From the NCBI GenBank assembly GCA_934176955.1, contig CAKPOS010000002.1, positions 75,218-139,217 of the forward strand: DNA of 64,000 bases, in the 5' to 3' direction. Every line of letters begins with the position of its first letter. Position 1 is the stretch's first letter. Positions 58,704 to 64,000 of this stretch are shown piece by piece. The translations under genes and the position numbers were made by a program. Under the pieces are notes generated by a model that saw nothing but the letters and a program-made list of their open reading frames with translations, was not told where the DNA came from and ran no database searches. This stretch comes from an uncultured Bacilli bacterium (GTDB lineage: Bacteria; Bacillota_I; Bacilli_A; RF39; UBA660).

Positions 58704-60578
58704 TTATTTTTCTCTACATTGTTTTACTCTCTGTTTGATTTTATTTTTTTTGATTTCTAATTCATTAATGACATTTAACTTTTCTTCTATTCCTATGGTT
58801 AAACTTAATTCTTTTGTTTCCTCTTCTATCTTTTTGTAATCAACTTTTCCAACTTGCGTTCTTGGTAAAGTGCTTTCTACTTTTATAATATTTGGCCAAT
58901 ATTTTTCTTCTAAATTGGTTTGAATGGTAGTTTTTATACTTTCAATAGCTATTTCTTCATCTTTAACATAAAATTCATCTAGAACAACATACAAAATAAT
59001 TCTATTATTGTAACTATTTAATTTGCAAATTTTAATATTTCGATCAGTTTTAATTTTTTCTACAATATCTAATAATTGTATCTCATGTTTAATTCCATCT
59101 TTATCTACGATTTCTATTGGTTTTGCAATTCTATCTAACACAAAAAGATTTCCATTTGTATCCATCCTAGCATAATCTCCTGTATTATACCAGGTTATTC
59201 CTTTATCATCTTTTATTAGTGCCTGTTTTGTTAAATCCTCTCGACCATAGTAACCATTCATTAAACATGGTCCTGTAATTAGTAATCGACCTGGAGTATT
59301 ATAAGAGACATCTTGAAAACTTTCATCAACAATTTTTACATTATTAAATGGTAATGGAATTCCCGCTGATCCACTAACATTACAATTAGGATTTGCAACA
59401 CTAAAACATGTATTTACTTCTGTAGCTCCATATCCTGTTTCTTGAATAATACCTGTTTTTTGATAAAATGAATCTGCTTGATTTTTTTCACATCTTTCTC
59501 CACCAATGACTACTTTATGAAGATGATTAGAAATTTTTTCTAAGTCTTTTTTAGGAAGATGAAGAATTGAATCCCACAAGTATTGTGACCAAATTCCATA
59601 CTGTGGTAAATATTTTAATAAGTATTTGGGGATTGACTCATAACTTAAATTTAATTCTAAAATATTTTCTATTCCCATACACATTGCCATATGTATCATA
59701 TCCGCATCCCAAAAAGCTAGAAATGGAGGAACTAAAACGAGGTGCTTTTCTCCCCTTTTTAATCCTAAATTGGCAAGTTTGTGTTGATAAGCTAGAGCAT
59801 TATTTGCATCATGTGATAGTAAAACTGCTTTATTTATCCCTGTTGTACCACTTGTAAAGGAAATGTTGCTTGGTAATCTAAAATCATAGATGCTTTCAAC
59901 GTGTCTTTCGGTTTTATTTTCTAATTTTAAGAATTTTGATAAAGATATTGCTTTTTTTACTGTTTTCTGTTGAATTTGATTAGAAAGATTTAATGTTTTT
60001 ACTTTTAATTGTTCAACTGTAAAAATAGGCATCGATTCTTCAAGTGGCATTCTAATTTTTTCAATCTCTTGAAATTCTTGTAAATTTAGTATTTCATAAA
60101 TATTACTTTCTAGAATGTCTAAAAAGAATATTGCTCTTGGATTTAATAACTTTATTTTGTTATACAAATCATTCAAAGCGCCATTGTTTTCTTGAGTACT
60201 CATAAAATTAAGGTTTGACGTGATAATTCCTGAGTTTAAACAAGCATATTTTAAAAATACTAACTCTGGTGTAGAAAGACCAATTGTACAAATAATATCC
60301 CCTTTTTGGTATCCCTTTTCTTCTAAGGCGATAGCGTAATCATTTGCTTTTTCACCGAGTGTTCCAACAGTAAATTTTTTTTCACCTCGATTGTTTAAAA
60401 TAATTTGGTTTTCATATCCTTGATTGCACTCTAAGAGATAATCTTTTTGATTTTTTTGAGGAAATGGTTTTTCAAACACTTCCTTTTCATACCATTGTTC
60501 CCAAATTCTATCTTCTTGTATTTTTCCCGTTACTGGACGATTTAGTTTTCTTCTTTTGTCTTCTCTAATTATATCCAT
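58704..60578 (-). CDS. adenylate-forming enzyme (AMP-dependent synthetase/ligase family)
   Basis: AMP-binding motif [13 protein letters not shown], plus YGATE and [11 protein letters not shown] 60578 follows GAGGGAA. The track start at 60590 is GTG. Confidence 0.8.
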   Translation of the reverse strand: MDIIREDKRRKLNRPVTGKIQEDRIWEQWYEKEVFEKPFPQKNQKDYLLECNQGYENQIILNNRGEKKFTVGTLGEKANDYAIALEEKGYQKGDIICTIGLSTPELVFLKYACLNSGIITSNLNFMSTQENNGALNDLYNKIKLLNPRAIFFLDILESNIYEILNLQEFQEIEKIRMPLEESMPIFTVEQLKVKTLNLSNQIQQKTVKKAISLSKFLKLENKTERHVESIYDFRLPSNISFTSGTTGINKAVLLSHDANNALAYQHKLANLGLKRGEKHLVLVPPFLAFWDADMIHMAMCMGIENILELNLSYESIPKYLLKYLPQYGIWSQYLWDSILHLPKKDLEKISNHLHKVVIGGERCEKNQADSFYQKTGIIQETGYGATEVNTCFSVANPNCNVSGSAGIPLPFNNVKIVDESFQDVSYNTPGRLLITGPCLMNGYYGREDLTKQALIKDDKGITWYNTGDYARMDTNGNLFVLDRIAKPIEIVDKDGIKHEIQLLDIVEKIKTDRNIKICKLNSYNNRIILYVVLDEFYVKDEEIAIESIKTTIQTNLEEKYWPNIIKVESTLPRTQVGKVDYKKIEEETKELSLTIGIEEKLNVINELEIKKNKIKQRVKQCREK

Positions 60579-60704
60579 AATTTCCCTCACTTCTAAAAAA
60601 TTTGAGTTTTATTTTAAATGTAAGTTTACTAATTTAGTTTTTCTCTAGTTAAATATATCATTTTTCTTTCCTAAAAGGTTCTTTTTTTTCTTTTAGTTAA
60701 CAAA

Positions 60705-60742
60705 AAAATACTGATGAAAAATTATTTTCAAATCAGTATTTT
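60705..60742. terminator. shared-stem hairpin AAAATACTGAT-N16-ATCAGTATTTT downstream of the SanA-like gene
   Basis: Perfect 11-bp arms. Confidence 0.6.
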
Positions 60743-60763
60743 ATAATTATTAATTGATTAATA

Positions 60764-61384
60764 TTAATTTTCTAAGGAAATAGAAGAAGATTTTAATGAA
60801 CATTTGATAAAATCTTTGGTGCGTGCTAAAATTTCACGAATTTCTCTTTTCCCTTGATTGGTATATTTTCTTTGGTTAGAAGGGATACCATAGGCATTAA
60901 TATTTAATGCCTTAGCAATATAAAGTGCTCTAGGTAAATGATACTTTTGAGTTACAATAATCATATTTTTAGCATGATAAATATATTTTGCTCGATAGAT
61001 GCTGTCATACGTAGATATTCCCAAATCATCTCTATCAATGCTTTGTTCAGGAATATTATTTTCTAATAAATAATTTTTCATTACATTAACTTCATCGTAG
61101 TCCTCATTAATATGATCTCCACTGACTAAGATTTTTGGAGAAACTTGTTCTTGGTAAAGATTGATGCTTCTTTTTAATCGATCTTCTAGCATAGGACTTG
61201 GTCTTTTTGCTTTGATACCTGCCCCTAAAACTAAAATATAATCTATATCATTTAAGTCTTTTGCTTTATTTTCAGAAAGAATTTGGTTTTTTGTTGTTTC
61301 TAAAATATATAAATTTGTTCCCAGAATAGAGAGAATAAAAAGAGCAATAAGAATTTTTAAATATTTTAAGGGTTTTAGAAACAT
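60764..61384 (-). CDS. SanA/YdcF (DUF218) family protein
   Basis: 206 aa. N-terminal TM. ILVLGAG....PSPMLEDRL...LVSGD pattern. Confidence 0.8.
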   Translation of the reverse strand: MFLKPLKYLKILIALFILSILGTNLYILETTKNQILSENKAKDLNDIDYILVLGAGIKAKRPSPMLEDRLKRSINLYQEQVSPKILVSGDHINEDYDEVNVMKNYLLENNIPEQSIDRDDLGISTYDSIYRAKYIYHAKNMIIVTQKYHLPRALYIAKALNINAYGIPSNQRKYTNQGKREIREILARTKDFIKCSLKSSSISLEN

Positions 61385-61498
61385 GATATCACACTTCTTT
61401 CTTACAGATAAAAAATACTTCTAAAGAATATACTACCTGTAAAAAATTATAGCATGAATAAATAATAAATTCAAATTTGATTGATATAAATTTTTTCA

Positions 61499-61523
61499 CA
61501 AAAAAACTACATTAATCAATGTA
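61499..61523 (-). terminator. intrinsic terminator of the csp transcript
   Basis: Minus strand reads TACATTGATTAATGTA followed by GTTTTTTT, located 4 nt after the stop of the 44-codon ORF. Confidence 0.6.
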
Positions 61524-61526
61524 ATT

Positions 61527-61661
61527 TTATAATTTAGGGGATAATACATACCTTATTTTCTTGTCTACTGGTGACAAAACCTCTTGAAAATTTGGGATAT
61601 TTTTTTCTCTTAATTCAATATCATTTATTTCTTCTAACAAAGTATGTACTTTTAATGGCAC
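61527..61661 (-). CDS. 44-codon ORF translationally coupled to csp (GTG start overlapping the csp stop)
   Basis: My translation is (M/V)PLKVHTLLEEINDIELREKNIPNFQEVLSPVDKKIRYVLSPKL*. A GGAGGT SD lies 6 nt upstream of the GTG. The TAGTG overlap joins it to the csp stop. The terminator follows directly. Confidence 0.4.
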   Translation of the reverse strand: MPLKVHTLLEEINDIELREKNIPNFQEVLSPVDKKIRYVLSPKL

Positions 61662-61879
61662 TATTCTACCTCCATAAAAGAGTGATTAGCTTCTACATTT
61701 TTTGCTTGATATCCTTTTGCTGTACTAATTAAATTAAATGTTACCTCTTGTCCAGGTGCTAATGTTTTATATCCATCTGCTTTTATTGCAGAATAATGTA
61801 CAAAAATATCTTCTCCTTCATTAAATTCTATAAAACCAAACCCTTTTGCATCATTGAACCACTTTACTCTACTTTTCAT
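61661..61879 (-). CDS. cspA: cold-shock protein (CSD)
   Basis: 72 aa. RNP1 KGFGFI and RNP2 IFVHYS. Confidence 0.92.
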   Translation of the reverse strand: MKSRVKWFNDAKGFGFIEFNEGEDIFVHYSAIKADGYKTLAPGQEVTFNLISTAKGYQAKNVEANHSFMEVE

Positions 61880-62005
61880 TCTTGTTCCTCCTTTTATACT
61901 ACTCTTTCATTATGTCACAAAACATTATATTAAAACTGTAATTTTTATGTATATAAATTAAATAAAATATATCTATAAAAAAACTGTAATGTTTCTGCCA
62001 TGATA

Positions 62006-62269
62006 TCATTTATTTTTTATTAATTCTGATTTATTCTTCTTCCTTTTGGGAAGAATATTACTATGAAGTTGTGTTACATCATATATTTTCTTTAAAATGG
62101 CTATTTCTTTATTTACTTGGTCAACACTTAAATTTAATTCTTGTGCTTGTTTTACAATACTATAACCACCTACTCTTGTTCTAATTATAAATTCTTGTCT
62201 TGAATTTAAATTTCCTTCTTTTATAAATGTTTCTAAAATTGATTTTGTCCATAATACCTGTTTTGTCAT
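62006..62269 (-). CDS. small sigma-70 region-4-like HTH protein
   Basis: 87 aa. The pattern LNSRQEFIIRTRVGGYSIVKQAQELNLSVDQVNKEIAILKKI resembles region 4 / UPF0122-like HTH. Confidence 0.5.
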   Translation of the reverse strand: MTKQVLWTKSILETFIKEGNLNSRQEFIIRTRVGGYSIVKQAQELNLSVDQVNKEIAILKKIYDVTQLHSNILPKRKKNKSELIKNK

Positions 62270-62688
62270 TATTCATCATACTCCTTACTTTTTTGGAACA
62301 TTTTTTATCATTTTACAATAAAAAATATGATAATAAGTAAAAAAAATTTTAGAATATATTATTAATTCATTAAACGACATTGTTTTTACTAAAAGTTAAT
62401 TTTGTTATAGTTCAGTTAGATAAAATAAGATTTTAAATGATATTTTTTTAAAAAATATACTAAAATAGTCTTATATTGCTAATAAATTGTATGAAATTCT
62501 ATACATTTATTATTGCTTTGTTTATTGAACTTTTTACAAATTTCTTTATTTATAATGGGTTAGAGTTATTTTATATTTTCTTGACTGAACTGTAACTTAA
62601 TTTTACGTTTTTGACTTAAAAATGGTTGAAAATTTATTTAATATATGGTACATTATATTTATCAGTAATTGATGTAGTAATTTGTTAT

Positions 62689-62764
62689 AGGGAATTAGTT
62701 CAGTTGGTAGAACGCAGGTCTCCAAAACCTGATGTCGTGAGTTCAAGTCTTACATTCCCTGCCA
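62689..62764 (+). tRNA. tRNA-Trp (anticodon CCA)
   Basis: AGGGAATTAGTTCAGTTGGTAGAACGCAGGTCTCCAAAACCTGATGTCGTGAGTTCAAGTCTTACATTCCCTGCCA. Acceptor AGGGAAT/ATTCCCT, anticodon loop CT-CCA-AA, encoded CCA. Confidence 0.9.
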
Positions 62765-62799
62765 TTAGAAATGTTCGCTTTGTAGCGATTATATAGTTT

Positions 62800-62820
62800 G
62801 AACCTTTACGGGTTCTTTTT
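62800..62820 (+). terminator. terminator downstream of tRNA-Trp
   Basis: GAACC-tttac-GGGTTC followed by TTTTT. Confidence 0.5.
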
Positions 62821-62846
62821 ATTTTGGTTAATACTAGATAGAAACT

Positions 62847-62872
62847 AAAAAAACACATAGTGTTATCTATGT
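62847..62872 (-). terminator. terminator of the 63546-62910 two-gene unit
   Basis: Minus strand reads ACATAG-ataaca-CTATGT followed by GTTTTTTT. Confidence 0.5.
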
Positions 62873-62909
62873 AATTTTATTTTGATTAAATAATTTTTAT
62901 CAATCTTTA

Positions 62910-63176
62910 TTATTGATTTTGAGGAACGGTATTATCTACAATATTAGTAATTGTAGTCCATTCTTCTTTGGTCGTTGGTTCTCCTATAAATGGATTAGGA
63001 AGAGTGGGATTATAAATTGCAGCATAAAATCTTAATTTATTACTATTGTCTACAGTATTATCTGTATAAATCACGTAATCTTTATTATTAGTTGAATTTT
63101 TAAAAGTTAAAATTACATCATATTCAACCTTTGTTCCATTTGACAATATGGTAAATATTTTTTTATTTTGTAGCAT
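62910..63176 (-). CDS. DUF1292-like small protein
   Basis: FTILSNGTKVEYDVILTFKNSTNNKDYVIYTD....FYAAIY...EPTTKEEWTTITNIV fits the DUF1292 layout. ATG 63176 follows GGTGA. The track start at 63185 is GTG. It overlaps the upstream gene. Confidence 0.6.
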   Translation of the reverse strand: MLQNKKIFTILSNGTKVEYDVILTFKNSTNNKDYVIYTDNTVDNSNKLRFYAAIYNPTLPNPFIGEPTTKEEWTTITNIVDNTVPQNQ

Positions 63177-63546
63177 TGCTATCACCTGTTTTCGTGAGTT
63201 TTTTTATTAATCCTTGTCTTTCTGTATTAATTTTTGTAAGTTCTGTTGTTGCTTGGGTTTCTTTTCTAATAAATTCTTGAATATCTTTGTTTCTTTCTTC
63301 TATTAATGTATAAATTTTTTCATTGAGTTTTAGTAATTTTTGATATTCTTCTTTTGAAACTATTATTGGACTTTCTTGATTAGAAGAAACATTTTGTTGA
63401 ATTAAGTCATTTAATTGGAATGGTTGTGGGTTTAATATTGTGGATAAGTCTAAGTTAGTATTATTATTTAAATAAAATGTATAAATTTTTCCTGATTGAA
63501 TATGAGGATTTTGAGGAATATCATATATTTTTATGGAATTATTCAT
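63163..63546 (-). CDS. hypothetical protein with C-terminal coiled-coil
   Basis: 127 aa. AAGGAGG SD upstream. Confidence 0.55.
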   Translation of the reverse strand: MNNSIKIYDIPQNPHIQSGKIYTFYLNNNTNLDLSTILNPQPFQLNDLIQQNVSSNQESPIIVSKEEYQKLLKLNEKIYTLIEERNKDIQEFIRKETQATTELTKINTERQGLIKKLTKTGDSNATK

Positions 63547-63636
63547 TACTACCTCCTTTTTTATAATATAACCATTTTGTTGATTATTATTTATTTTTTT
63601 AGTGCTGTGTGTTAAAATTAAAATGGGAGGATAAAA

Positions 63637-64000
63637 ATGAAGAAGTTGTTAATTATTATATTTTGTATTTTTTTATTAAGTGGATGTGGTGGAACAAAAA
63701 ATACTGATTCTTCTGATGGGTCTGTTAATTATATGGAAGCTAAAGAAAAAATTATTAATGATGGTGCTATTCTTTTAGATGTTAGAACGAAGGAAGAATA
63801 TGATGAAAAACATATTGATGGAGCTAGTTTATTACCTTTAGATATAATTGATATAGATAATATTTCTCAAATAGTTAGTGAGAAGGATACTCCTATTATT
63901 GTTTATTGTAGAAGTGGTAATCGTAGTAAGCAAGCTAGAGAAAAATTAATCGCGTTAGGTTATAGTAAAGTTTATGACTTAGGAGCAATGAGTAATTGGA
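63637..64000 (+). CDS. rhodanese-domain lipoprotein (3' end beyond window)
   Basis: Not in the track because it is open at the window edge. My translation is MKKLLIIIFCIFLLSGCGG... (lipobox LSGC), then ILLDVRTKEEYDEKHIDGA...IIVYCRSGNRS (rhodanese active-site loop CRSGNR). GGGAGG SD upstream. Confidence 0.75.
   Translation, partial: MKKLLIIIFCIFLLSGCGGTKNTDSSDGSVNYMEAKEKIINDGAILLDVRTKEEYDEKHIDGASLLPLDIIDIDNISQIVSEKDTPIIVYCRSGNRSKQAREKLIALGYSKVYDLGAMSNW

Noticed and set aside
2471-59857. About 40 ORFs in the supplied track lie antisense to, or out of frame within, well-supported genes. Examples: 2471-2707, 2476-2664, 3335-3556, 3607-3879, 4065-4253, 4731-5051, 6227-6415, 6247-6618, 10433-10735, 12700-12969, 14283-14465, 15559-15762, 17273-17455, 18796-19086, 21208-21393, 21478-21738, 27143-27340, 30386-30595, 30921-31133, 32636-32998, 35605-35787, 37287-37511, 37609-37893, 38221-38568, 39575-39760, 40388-40618, 40907-41095, 41647-41829, 42596-42799, 43097-43315, 44531-44755, 44828-45085, 47416-47679, 49519-49725, 49969-50160, 50792-51037, 50930-51178, 53460-53672, 53718-53906, 54046-54375, 59567-59857.
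   Set aside because: These are shadow frames of conserved genes. Their translations are low-complexity (Leu/Phe/Ile/Ser-rich), they have no SD, and the overlapping frame has clear family motifs.
62491-62595. A 34-codon hydrophobic plus-strand ORF (MKFYTFIIALFIELFTNFFIYNGLELFYIFLTEL) lying between the inverted GTTAyAGTTCAGT copies. I considered it as a type I toxin-like peptide.
   Set aside because: It has no Shine-Dalgarno and no charged C-terminus. Its Phe/Ile/Leu/Tyr/Asn composition is what random translation of AT-rich DNA gives.
1-64000. Alternative genetic code 4 (TGA = Trp), considered because of the very low GC and Mollicutes-like flavour.
   Set aside because: TGA ends conserved genes at the expected length (for example tsaE with ATGA coupling to tsaB). 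Trp positions are TGG. The tRNA-Trp here has anticodon CCA, not UCA.
1-64000. Search for mobile elements, prophage, CRISPR arrays, retron or DGR components.
   Set aside because: No transposase, integrase, recombinase, reverse transcriptase, cas gene or regularly spaced repeat array is recognisable in any frame. The only insertion-like signature is the 68-nt direct-repeat pair reported as a finding.

Overview
AT-rich, low-GC Bacillota-type chromosomal segment. Translation-factor sequences and gene content suggest an Erysipelotrichales/Clostridia-like gut lineage, but I cannot name the taxon from sequence alone. The standard code 11 applies: TGA terminates conserved genes such as tsaE, and tRNA-Trp carries anticodon CCA. 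The window is densely coding and almost all genes are on the minus strand. Core content: the str operon (rpsL-rpsG-fusA-tuf) followed by obg; yqeK; the t6A cluster tsaE-tsaB-rimI-tsaD; tRNA-Asn and tRNA-Trp; a CBS-type family II pyrophosphatase; a U32 peptidase; HtrA; a PAP2 phosphatase; a ZIP transporter; MarR plus a heterodimeric ABC exporter; phosphoketolase-DUF192-CapA; CtpA; ssb; sufB; pcrA; a hybrid histidine kinase; an adenylate-forming enzyme; SanA; csp. Unusual content falls into five groups. (1) A 2.8-kb module (short HTH-WYL regulator, 23-codon HAD-motif upstream ORF, PfkB kinase-SIS fusion) is bracketed by 68-nt direct repeats; this is my best candidate for an uncharacterised system. 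(2) An agr-type quorum-sensing locus has a 40-aa AgrD precursor absent from the ORF track, convergent agrBD versus agrA-agrC, and 21-bp-phased direct repeats upstream of agrB. (3) A dispersed family of intergenic hairpins all use the same stem sequence. (4) A cell-surface set comprises a TasA/SipW-signal-like Thr-rich protein, cadherin-like proteins, and an SH3b-GH73-cadherin-dockerin autolysin. (5) Smaller oddities include a membrane-anchored degenerate HipA-like protein, an active and an inactive transglutaminase-like paralog, an SSB without an acidic tip, an orphan sufB, a csp-coupled 44-codon ORF, and a 15-bp perfect inverted repeat in an intergenic region. I saw no transposase, integrase, CRISPR array, rRNA or reverse transcriptase. 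All calls come from reading motifs by eye; no database search was possible.
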